Assembly (NCBI RefSeq): GCF_006345805.1
Contig: NC_043000.1
Location: 130,510,001 to 130,574,000 of the forward strand
Direction: 5' to 3'
Source of the DNA: Octopus sinensis
Taxonomy: Eukaryota
DNA: 64,000 nt
The translations under genes were made by a program, and so were the position numbers. Below are positions 26,337 through 37,851 of this stretch, piece after piece. Under the pieces are notes generated by a model. That model had not been told where the DNA came from and searched no databases. It worked only from the letters and a program-made list of their open reading frames with translations. Position 1 is the stretch's first letter, and the number at the start of each line of letters is the position of its first letter.

Positions 26337-26552
26337 GGCGGCAAGCTGGCAGACACGGTAGCACGCCGGGCGAAATGCTTAGGGGTATTTCGTCTGCCGT
26401 TACGTTCTGAGTTCAAATTCCGCCTAGGTCGACTCTGCCTTTCATCCTTTCGGGGTCGATTAAATAAGTACCAGTTATGCACTGGAGTCGATGTAATTCG
26501 ACTTAATTCCTTTGTCTGTCCTTTTTTATTACCTCTATGTTTAGCCTCCTAT
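26337..26552 (+). mobile_element. SINE family 3
   Basis: Family consensus, ending in (GA)n. Confidence 0.9.
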
Positions 26553-26594
<42 letters not shown>

Positions 26595-26900
26595 GAGAGA
26601 GGAAAAATTTAATCGGCAATATTTCTGACTGAGAGTGAAGAAGTACTTGTTTTGCAAAAATTGAGAGACACCTAGAATTAGAAACACTTAAAGCTGTAAG
26701 AAACGCGCGCGCAATATATATGCATATACACTGACAGTCCTCATGAGCATCTCTGTGATCACTAGACTAGACTAGTTTCACCTATCAGTCGTAGGCTCGT
26801 CAGTAGTGACTACTCAAATGCTCGATGATTTGGCTAAATTCGGGTCTCAGTATATATATTCTTACCACAAAATTTATGGCTGATGTAACGAAATACTAAT

Positions 26901-27225
26901 TTATTTTTTATTTTATGCGCCCTATTCAAGCCTAGCCAGGCTCATGGGCCCGGTTTCCCGGTTTCTATGGCGTATGTGCTCCCCCCCCCCCCAGCTGGAC
27001 CTGACGCCAGTCTATCGAAGCGTTACTCAAGAAACAGGAGGAAGGAGTGAGAGAAATTTGGGACGAAAGAGTACTACAAGCGTCACCACAACCCTCTGCC
27101 GGAGGTCGTGGAGCTTTAGGTGTTTCGCAGAATAATAACACACGCAACGCCCGGTCTGGGAATCGAAACCGCGATCTTCCGACCGCGAGTCTGCTGCCCT
27201 AACCACTGGGCCATTACGCCTCCAC
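26901..27225 (-). mobile_element. tRNA-derived SINE, head 1 + core 1 + tail X
   Basis: Reverse complement of the 6387 copy; 14-bp TSD aacgaaatactaat (26887) / agcgaaatactaat (27226). Confidence 0.9.
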
Positions 27226-27545
27226 AGCGAAATACTAATGCGTATATTAAAAATAAATATAAAGAGACACACGCGATATAATACCATAAGGGAAAAAATT
27301 TAATCGTCGCTAATTGTGAAAGAGGGTGTCGAAGCACCAATATTGCAAGATATAAGAATTAAAAAATCTTAATGCTGTAGTAAGTGCGCAATACATATAC
27401 ACTGACTTCACAGATAACTGCCCCATGAGCGTCTCTACGATCACGAGATTAAACTACATACATACATACATGTGTTTGTTTATATATGTATACATGTGTA
27501 TGCGTGTGCGCGTGCGCGTGTGGGGGTGAATGTGTGTGTATGTAA

Positions 27546-27780
27546 AGGTGCATGGCATAGTGGTTATGGCACGCACGATTGTCAGCTCGTGGATACGATT
27601 CAGAGACCGGGCGTTGCGCTGTGTTCTTCAGCAAAGAACTATTTTTTACGTTGCTATGCGAACATTTCGTCACCTAGATGAACACAAACACTTGATCACA
27701 ACAAACGAATCAGCTGTGTAGTTCTTCGGCAAGAAATTGCAGAACCATCAAACGTCGTCTAACGACGGGAAAGTCCATTA
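27546..27780 (+). mobile_element. old head-2 type SINE with a different tail
   Basis: ggtgcatggcatagtggtta...gaccgggcgttgcgctgtgttcttcagcaaagaact, a decayed head-2/CORE-like start. Confidence 0.5.
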
Positions 27781-27843
27781 CATATATTTATATTTATATA
27801 TAGAATATATATATTCTTTTTCTTCTTTCAGTCATTTGACTGC

Positions 27844-27882
<39 letters not shown>

Positions 27883-27893
27883 TAGATAGATAG

Positions 27894-28030
<137 letters not shown>

Positions 28031-28031
28031 G

Positions 28032-28226
28032 GTTATAGTTCAAACTTATAAAAGAACAAAGGCGAAGACAGATGTAAGAACAACAAGCAAGTGTATTAGT
28101 TTGACGCTCTGGAAAATTGGAAAAAATTATTTACGTTTCGAGCCTACATTCTTTGACAAAAAGGAATAAGAGGAAATTAATAGAGAGAGAATGAAAGAAC
28201 ATTTTGAGTTCAGTGGGCCAACATGG

Positions 28227-28230
<4 letters not shown>
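28032..28230 (-). mobile_element. family H1 short repeat (decayed hammerhead-like fold)
   Basis: Matches 23097-23292; minus strand reads tttt TTGTCAA A gaat gtag GCTC GAAAC GTA. Confidence 0.65.
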
Positions 28231-28270
<40 letters not shown>

Positions 28271-28273
<3 letters not shown>

Positions 28274-28527
28274 TGTTCTCGAGCAAGGCACTTTATTTCA
28301 TGTTGCTCCAGTTCACTCAGCTGTAGAAATGAGTTGCGACGTCACTGGTGCCAAGCTGTATCGACCTTTGTCTTTCCCTTGGATAACACTGGTGGCGTGG
28401 AGAGGGGAGGCTTGTATGCATGGGCGACTGCTGGCCTTCCATAAACAACCTTGCCCGGACTTGTGTCTAGGAGGGTAACTTTCTAGGTGCAATCCCATGG
28501 TCATTCATGACCGAAAGGGGTCTTTAT
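28271..28527 (+). mobile_element. head-2 (CORE-like) SINE with tail W, 5'-truncated
   Basis: tgtgttctcgagcaaggcactttatttcatgttgctccagttcactcagctgtagaaatgagt...; same family as 31776 and 54346. Confidence 0.88.
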
Positions 28528-28579
28528 GTATATATATACATATATAATATTATATATAATACTATAAAAAGAGTCAAAC

Positions 28580-28757
28580 TTAGTTCAATTTGAAGACTCC
28601 ACTAGAATGGACGAAAGCGCTGATATATATGATATATGATATATACAAACATGTAACATACTAATAAATATCTGTAAATATAAAACCATCCGAATTTCTG
28701 AGTACCTCATTTCTTCTAATATAAAATACCTGAACATCATCTCCAAACTTTTAATAC

Positions 28758-28760
<3 letters not shown>
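28580..28760 (+). mobile_element. short non-autonomous repeat with hammerhead-like fold (family H2)
   Basis: Homologous to 50765-50935; contains TTGAAGA c TCCA ctagaa TGGA c GAAA GCGC T. Confidence 0.65.
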
Positions 28761-28844
<84 letters not shown>

Positions 28845-30368
28845 AATATAATTGGCACCAGTAGTGTGGTTCCTTTCTCTACGATAATCTCCTTCAACTT
28901 TAGTGAAATCTAGAATATTTATTGAGAGGCTCTGAGTGATAACCTACATAGCCTTGCTTTGAGAATTGGAAAGTTGAGAAAGAGAAATGATAAGTTGCAG
29001 AACAAGCAATATCATTAAGCAGATAAGTATCACAAAATTTTTGGACAATGTGGCGTTGTTGATGAAATGTTTGTCTTCGTGGATGTTGCGTGGAACATCA
29101 GCAGCTGCATGTAAAACAGAACTGATTTGTTCTGCTGTTCTGGCTAATAAAAGATGGTTCAAGTGTTGGATACACTGCGTTATTTCACTTACGTTTACTC
29201 AACTGAGATAACATTTGTCCATAATGTTTTGATATCAGAGAAAACAAATGCTATGCAAATAAGAAGCCAATGAGATTTTATTATTCTTGAAACTTTTCTG
29301 ATATCCTCCTTCACTTCAATCATTCGCATATTTCTCATCTACTTTCTCCCTTCAATTAAACGCATTATTCACAGCTTTCCACCTCTGAATCCTTCATTTC
29401 CCCACTTTTCTCCTACTACTCATCTCACTTCCTGTTTTTCTTACCTTCCTATAACGATCGTTTTCTTTTTCTCCTTAAGGTTGTTGAATTTTTTCCCCTT
29501 CTTTCTGGCATTAATCAGTAAATAACGTTTACAAAACTATTTTCCTCGTTTTCCTTCTTGCTTTATATATTTTTTTCATCCTTGTGCTATTGCTAATGGT
29601 AGTGTTGTTTTTCTATATTTTCTGTATTTTTGCATTCGATTCAAATAGCAATATTGCTGTTGCTACTGTTGTTGTTGAATGTTTTTCCTGTTACACTTAT
29701 CTTGTACAGCTCATATCCTCACTTTCTCAACTAATGACATTTTCTTCTTCCGATACATCATTTCTATTATATTTTTTCCCTCGCTCTCATTTATCAGCAA
29801 CATCCTACAGTTAATCAAAGATTTACCTACCTCCCAGCAAATACTTTCGTAAACCCTTGTTTTTACTTCACGGTTCTTTTCCCCATTTATTTCATTTCTT
29901 TATTAATTCGCTTTTATTTATCATCTCCTGCCCCAATTGCCCAACAAAATTCAATCAATCAAGATTTTTTTTTTAATCGACATATTCTGTTTTCGTCTTC
30001 ATATTCATTTATATATTAATTTCATTTGTTTCATTAGTGGAAACTTTATCATTTTCTCTAAAGCAGCAATTTAATAAAACAGCACTAGAAAAGCTACATG
30101 CATATACGCATTAGCTCAGAACTATGTTAGGCTCATTTTTTTTTATTCCTTCAATACAATATTCTCTAGAAGCACCACTTCCATTGTTTTCTTTAATATT
30201 TTTCACCGCATCCGCAATGTTTATAGTCAACATACTTATTTTCATTTTTTGAAGTTTACCTTAGATGTTGTTTACATTTCTTCACAAACCTTATCACATT
30301 CATATCTACCAAAATTACCTTTTGCTTCGGGCATGTGAATTTAATATCAAGTTATGGGCTTTCCAGAG

Positions 30369-30369
<1 letters not shown>

Positions 30370-30456
<87 letters not shown>

Positions 30457-30457
30457 G
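30370..30457. repeat. (ATT)n microsatellite
   Basis: Perfect run. Confidence 0.97.
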
Positions 30458-31775
30458 TATTTTTCTCTCCGATACACACTTTTCTTTGATCGATTTTCTT
30501 TGAGTGAAAAATAATAAACCCTATTATGAAAGAGGAATGTTAATAAAAATTTACACCGGTTTACGAAAATTGCCGGATCATTAACTCCTGATGTATTATT
30601 CATGTTTTAGCTATTTGTTATTTCTCTCGTTATTTTTTGTTTGTTTGTTTGGTTTTGTGTTTTTTTAATATTTTGTTAAACATGCATTTATGTGTAAACC
30701 AGAAGGGAACGAAAATTAATAAAGGATAAATATATGAAATATTTCGTTGGTAATCTATAAAAAGGTTATGCGGGAATGTTATGTTTTGAAGCAGACCAGG
30801 TACCGATATATTCAACACTACGCTTTACATGTTCACATATACATATACGCATATACATTCATACATACACACATGCAATTAAGTATTGATATATATACGC
30901 ATATGTATGTGCGTATGTATGTATGTATGTATATATATATATGTGCACACATACATATTCAGTGTCGTCATTTCAACGAATTCTTATTTAGCAAGACATA
31001 TCTGTACAGTGATCGTAGTTTAACGTTTTTTGGAAAAAAGTGTTGCGGTGTTGGTGTTGGTGTTGGTGGTAGTTGTATCTTGGCTGTCTGATCAACCTGC
31101 GTGATGAATATTATAGCGGGAATGGATTGTGCAAGCGAGCCTCTCTCCCTCGTACTTCACATTTATATTGTTTTGGTGCAACAAGTGCTATGAGCCCAGT
31201 AGTTGCAGGATGCAGGATTTGTACAGAGTTACTTTCTCTTAGGTGAACAGGTAAAGAGATGAAGGGATTCATCTAATCTGGGTCCTTTTAGATGTTTGTG
31301 AATGATATTCTTCCAGGAGCAATTCTGTGACATACTAATTAACCCATAGCTTTGAGAGGTAATGCTACTCCGGGTCAGAGTAGACCAAATAACGATAGTG
31401 GCTAAGGAGTGGCTCTAAATTCCTAAAAACCCACTACTTGATGCGGTTTAAATGCATATCCAGGACAGGCAAACATACACACATACATACATACATACAT
31501 ACATACATTCATACATACATACATACATACATACATACATACATACATACATACATACATACATACATACATACAACCTGTGCTATGAGATCATGTCTAT
31601 GATGTATTCGTTGATCAAGAAAGAGTTCCTTTTGTATTTCAGGCCATTTCGCATTGTACGTAAAAGCGATAAATAAATCTGGACTTCCATATTTTCGTAC
31701 ATATGTCATGGCCTCTTGTCTCCTTTCATGCATATAGCAGGGTTCACCTGTGAAGCTCAATGGAAGGATGTACAT

Positions 31776-32090
31776 CGTCAGTGGTTAGAGCGTCGAGCTT
31801 ACGATCGTGAGGTTGTGAGTTTGATTCCTGGACCGGGCTGCGTGTCGTTTTCATGAGCAAGACACTTTATTTCACGTTGCTCCAGTTAACTCAGCTGTAG
31901 AAATGAGTTGTGACATCACTGGTGCCAAGCTGTATCGGCCTTTGACTTTCAATTGCATAACATCAGGGGTGTGGAGAGAAGCTGGTATGCGTGGGCGACT
32001 GCTGACCTTCCACAAGCAACCTTGCCCGGACTTGTGCCTCGGAGGGTAAAATTCTAGGTGCAAATTCATGACCGAAGTGGGAGTCTCCTC
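31776..32090 (+). mobile_element. head-2 (CORE-like) SINE with tail W nested in the Helitron ORF
   Basis: cagtggttagagcgtcgagcttacgatcgtgaggttgtgagtttgattcc... splits the Helitron between the ERL..Q and ILP.SFTG segments. Confidence 0.9.
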
Positions 32091-33169
32091 CTCCTCATTA
32101 TTTATGCTGTTCCGTAAATGAGCGTATGAAGCAACCCGTAGCTCTTCTTTTTTTGTGTTCTTACATAGGTTAGTCTTTCTAGTTCAATCTTAGCATACAT
32201 GTCAACAACAAATTGTTGAAATAAATACCAACTTCGAGGCAATAAATTAAAACTGGAGGGTCTAAGCTCAGATGAAATCCAAAAATATCCATACACGAAA
32301 CATTTTTTCTTGAATTTTCTCCTGCCTGAGGAATATCAGGGATAACCATCTGTTCAATATGGAAAAAGCAACAGGTTCTGTAGAGCATCATAGGAGCTCT
32401 ACACTTTATAATTATATCTCATTTTCCAGTTAGTTCACCTGCTAAAATTATAGCAACCTCATTTGTCTCTGGTACATTGAAGCGCTGTGAATGCTTCCAT
32501 AAGAATTGATTACCAATTGAAAAGTTATGGATTGTGTAATATCAAGGGTACATTTGAAACTCCTGATATAATTACTATTGTTACGAAACATTTGTTGAAG
32601 TTGTATCATGTCAAAGTGAAGCCCTTCATTAAGACTATACCATGTTTCAGCTCGTTTCTGCATATTGTTAATGAAATAAACTTGCATAAGGTCTTTATTT
32701 TCTAGTGGTAAAATGCTAACATTTCGATGATATACCTACCCTTGATTGTGAATGTGGGCATGAAACCTCCCTTATTCACAATATTTACTCCAAATGAAGT
32801 CATTTGGAAAGCATTATTAGAGTGTTGTATTTTTTCATAGAAAATGCTTTGAAAAAGGGAAATTTCCATATAGAAAATGTTTCACTTCTTCAGGAGGGCC
32901 AGAAAAGAAAGGTAGCATAATTTTCCCACTCCTGTAGCATAAGGGAGGTGGTTCATTTAACGATTTTCTTTTACCATCACAGTAATAGCATTGGTGAGAG
33001 ATTGAGCCAAGTTCAGATTCATAGCAATGATTGGGGTTGTAACTGAAAGCAGCAAGACGCCATTCCTGACGTGACCTACCTTCGTTGTGCCTGATTCGGT
33101 CATTTTCATGTCTATTTTGCAGTTTCTTGTAGTGTTTCTTGCATACGATGTGATGCTCTTCGAAGACGA

Positions 33170-33570
33170 TCAAATGCACGTCGTGCATTTGTTTCGTCTT
33201 TGTTTACTGCTGCACGTCGAGCTACCATTCTTTGTTAGCTATCTGCAGGTCATATATTTCTTTGATCTTCGTTTTCTTCTGCATGTCGAGCTGCCATTCT
33301 TTGTTGGCTATCTACAAGTCCAGCATATCTTTGATGTTCGCTTTCTACTGCATGTCGAGCTGACATTCTTTGATGGTTATCTGCACGTCGTGCGTTTCTT
33401 TGATCTTCGCTTTCTACTGCATGTCGAGCTACCATTCTTTGTTGGCTATCAGCACATCTTGCATTCCTTTGATCTTCGTTTTCTGCTACACGTCGAGCTA
33501 CCATTCTTTGTTGGCTACCTGCAAGTCCAGCATATCTTTGATGTTCACTTTCAGATGCACGTCTAGCTTT
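33170..33570. repeat. 69-bp coding tandem repeat (23-aa units, ~5.5 copies)
   Basis: gtcgagct recurs at 33216, 33285, 33354, 33423 and 33492, with the variant gtctagct at 33561. Confidence 0.95.
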
Positions 33571-34029
33571 CTTTCTCTGCCGTCATCTGCGAGCCGTACA
33601 CGTCTCTCATCCTTCTTTTCTACTGCCCGTCCTGCATTTCTTTGGTTTTCGGTTTTTGACGCTCTTTTAAGAGACTTTTTTTTGATAGGGAATATCAGTA
33701 TGTAGTAGTCGAATGAAATTACAAATGCTGTTTCCTGTCAGTGTTAGCGCTAATTTCTGACGCGATATTACAGCAACGCAAGGCAGGGCGTTGTATGATA
33801 GAGAAGTTTAACTGTAGCAGTCGGTAGTTAAAGCGAAGCAGATCTGTAAGTCGGAATGCATGTTGATGTGAACTGTGTTTTTTCGGGTCTGTCGATGTTT
33901 TTCGTTTCCTTGTCATGTTCCATGGCTGTGTGTCGTGTGTCTCTCTTCACTGTCGGATTCTCTCTCTCAAAGAAGTTTGTATATTTATGTCTGAATCGAC
34001 AAGCTAGAAAATAGGTATATCATATAGAA

Positions 34030-34500
34030 AAATAGCTCTACCGAATCCAGGTGACTGTGCGACGGCACTGAAAATCCTACAAGTAAAGTGGAACACACAT
34101 TTGTCACGGTTCATTTTGACGTATAAATAAGCCATATGCCAAGGAGAATTTAAAGAGTAAGTTTCGAATTTGAACCAGGGTGAGACAACTTCTACAGTTT
34201 TTGCTGTCTTTGCTTTCATTCTGACGGACAAACAAACAGACTCTGTCATACAGTACAATAGCTTTACTGAATCCAGATCACCATTTATGTAAGTGAACTT
34301 GCAATGGCACTGAAAAGGCCATAGGTGAAGTGGAAGACACATTTGTCACAGTTCCTTTTGACGTTTGAATAGGCTGTATGCTCAAGGACAATAGAAAGAT
34401 TCAGTTTTGAATCTGAACCATGGTGAGACTACACCTGCAGATTTGCTGTCTTAACTTTCATTTTGACGGACAAACAAACAAACAGACACAAACGCAAGTA
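34030..34500. repeat. diverged ~240-bp tandem duplication in the Helitron 5' region
   Basis: ggcactgaaaa...cacatttgtcac.gttc.ttttgacgt...ggtgagac...gacggacaaacaaac at ~34064-34243 and ~34306-34488. Confidence 0.8.
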
Positions 34501-34539
34501 TATATATATATATATATATATATCATATATATCATATAT

Positions 34540-34950
34540 GTATTTTTTCTCTTTTATTTCTATTTTACTTGCTTCAGTCATTTGACTGCGGCCATGCTGA
34601 AGCACCGCCTTTAATCGAGCAACTCGACTCTGGGACTTATTCTTTTGTAAGCCCGGTACTTATTCTATCGGTCTCTTTTGCCGAACCGCTAAGTGACGGG
34701 GGCATAAACACACCAGCATCGGTTGTCAAGCAATGCTAGGGGGACAAACACAGACACACAAACATACATGCACACACGCATATATATATATACATATATA
34801 CGACGGGCTTCTTTCAGTTTCCGTCTACCAAATCCACTCACAAGGCTTTGGTCGGTCCGAGGCTATAGTAGAAGACACTTGCCCAAGGTTATACGCAGTG
34901 GGACTGAACCCGGAACCATGTCGTTGGTAAACAAGCTATTTACCGCACTA
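34540..34950 (-). mobile_element. SINE family 4
   Basis: Reverse complement of 15649-16056. Confidence 0.9.
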
Positions 34951-34951
34951 T

Positions 34952-35029
<78 letters not shown>

Positions 35030-35075
35030 CTATATATATATATATATATAATATATATATATATAATTATATACC

Positions 35076-35170
<95 letters not shown>

Positions 35171-35381
35171 ATGTATGTATGTATGTATGTATGTATTTAT
35201 GTATGTATGTATGTATGTATATATATATCAATATACGTTCATTCATACAACCAGCTGTAAAGTCAGAGTCCTGTTGTGACCATTCGTGACGCATCAGTAA
35301 TATACTCTAGTTCGTCTTCAGATGGAATAACAAGACCATGTCATCGATATGGTCGCAAACGGCCTATATATATATATATAT

Positions 35382-35438
<57 letters not shown>

Positions 35439-35500
35439 CATACATATATACCTACCTACCTACATACATATAAATATATATATATATATATAATAATATA

Positions 35501-35695
35501 TTCACCATGATAGAACGCTAGCCACTAAACATTCATTATTTTCTCTCCCTGTATATTTCTGAGTACCTTTCTGTTGAAGAGCGTAGGCTCGAAACGTAAA
35601 AGAATTTCTCACTTCCCGAACGTTAAACTAATACATCTTTTTGTTGCTTACACACCCGTCTTCGTCTTTTGTCTTTTTTTTATAAATTCTTAGTA
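35501..35695 (+). mobile_element. family H1 short repeat with hammerhead-like fold, flanked by (TA)n
   Basis: cttt CTGTTGA A GAGC gtag GCTC GAAA C G T A aaag at 35567-35602. Confidence 0.8.
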
Positions 35696-35699
35696 TATA

Positions 35700-35777
<78 letters not shown>

Positions 35778-37533
35778 TATACATATATACACACATACGT
35801 ACATACATACATACAAACATGCATGCATGCTTGCATACATATATAAACGTGCACGGGCGTATCTTTGTGTGTGTGCATCTGAGTTTGTGTGCGTACGTGT
35901 GTATGTGTGTGTCCGTGTTTGTGTGTGTGTGTGTGTATGTGTGTGTGTGTCTGTGTGTGTGTCTGTGTGTTTCACGTTGCAGGACCTGTCATGAAGTACC
36001 AGGTGAACAACCCCGATATTTTAATATACTAACAAAACATTTCTTTCAATTCTTTCATTATTTATTTTCTTCTGTTTGGAAATAGGATTTTTTCTCTTCA
36101 GATATGTATGCGTAGGTTCATTTCATAACCTTTGCAAAATAATGAGATATTTTTTTCTCTCTCTCTCTCTTCCATTGATTGACATTGTTTTGCTTACCTT
36201 CTCACCTGCAATACTCAAGTGTTTGTTACAAGCATCTCATTATTTTTTGTTAATTTTTTATCCATGAAAACTATCGACAGTCAGATGGAAAAGATACAAA
36301 AGAAAGTTTCATTTTTAGACGAAAATAGGTATAAAAGTGTGTTCTACTATAATATGGTAGCTTGTCAAGGACAAAGATTTTCGGGTAAAAGGTTCAATAA
36401 AATGGAGAAAAAGTTCCCGAACTTTTACCAGTTGACTGGCATCTCCTAAATGATTTTATGCTGAGTTGTGTCGTGTATTCTATAAGAGTTATCTACAACA
36501 AAAGAATTTATTTTGATGATGAAATTGTTGCTGGCCACAATATTGAATTTTAGAATACTGATAAGAATCAGAATTTCCTGCGAAGATATTGATACTATGT
36601 GGCTTTGGGTCCTACGATAAAATCCATTTCCCATAATTTTCGTAGCAGCAAATACTGACAGAGAGAGAGAGAGAAAGAATATATAATCTTCAAGAAAATG
36701 ACATTGGGTCTCTGATGTCCTGCCCGTTTTCTTCTATATCTATAACCTCTAAGACCTTCTTTAAATCTCGGAGCAAACCGAGCACTGATCAACACAACTG
36801 TTATTTTTTCTCCTCAACGTCACCTTTAATGAACCCGTCCATGATTTCTTCTGTACTATTAACAAGAAAGAATTGAAACTGAACACTAAGCACACATTAA
36901 CGTTAAACATCTATTCCGTACTGATATTTCTTGTCAGGAATTCGACTGAAACGTTTGTTATTACTTCTCTTGACTGCTCCACGAAAATATCGCAGCTTTT
37001 GCTTGTTACTGAATTAATGCTTGCCAATGTAGGCCACACATAGTCTCTTCGAATTCTAATGATGATATTTAATAGACAGAGAAGAATAAAAGAGAGTGAG
37101 ACACACTGAGCGAGAGTGAGAGAGTGAGCAAAGGAGAAAGAGAGAGACAGCGACAGACAGATAGTGAGAAAGTGAGTGAGGTTGAAGAATCATAAAAAGA
37201 AATAGAAACGCATTCGGTTATGGAGCCATCAGGTAACTGACAAGTAGTTTTTGGTTGGTTTATTACACTAGACGGGATCGAATCGTCTCGCACAAGAATT
37301 GATAGAGAAATGCTAACAATGAAATTTCTGGAATCTGCATATTCACTTGGCCCGTGTTCAAGTAAAGAAAGGTCTGCAGAATCATTCAGTGATGCGTTTA
37401 ATGTGCGAGTAAACAAGTTATAATAAGACAGTGGACTACTACTTTACATGGCACTGGTTGGTATCAATTACACACGTCAAGCTCATTACCTTTGTGAGTC
37501 AGGATAGTTTCGTCTTTTATGTGTTACATATGG

Positions 37534-37568
<35 letters not shown>

Positions 37569-37743
37569 AAGAAATAAAGAAATAGCGAGAGATGGAGAGT
37601 GACGAAGTGAGAGAGAGAGAGAGAGGATGAGTGAATGAGTGAAAAGTAAGAAATATGGAAATGTAGGCAAGTAGATGTATGTAAAGGATGAAAGGATTAA
37701 ATGTAGATGCAAATATGTATATGCATATGTATGTCCATGTATA

Positions 37744-37780
<37 letters not shown>

Positions 37781-37804
37781 ATACATACTCACATATTATG
37801 TATA

Positions 37805-37851
<47 letters not shown>

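Larger units (their letters stand above)
31575..33916 (-). pseudogene. Helitron RepHel N-terminal region (STPR-like repeats, Zn-finger-like segment, Helitron_like_N)
   Basis: CYYCDG..NEPPPLCYRSGKIMLP; NNAFQMTSFG...GFMPTF; LFQQFVVDMYAKIELERL; ILPLSFTGEPCYM...QEAMTYVRKYGSPDLFIAFTYNAKWPEI...RHDLIAQV. Helicase not reached. Confidence 0.92.
31575..34510 (-). mobile_element. Helitron, 3'-truncated and degenerate
   Basis: Minus-strand 5' end tatatatacttgcgtttgtgtctgtttgtttgtttgtccgtc, typical of invertebrate Helitrons, followed by Rep-region coding remnants; ends at the (TACA)n tract 31488-31573; interrupted by a SINE at 31776-32090. Confidence 0.85.

Noticed and set aside
36860-37416. Minus-strand frames with faint integrin-alpha-like (TTCQLPDGSITECVSISF) and SEA-like wording
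   Set aside because: No convincing donor sites; the ORF runs into a GA microsatellite; similarity is too weak without a search.
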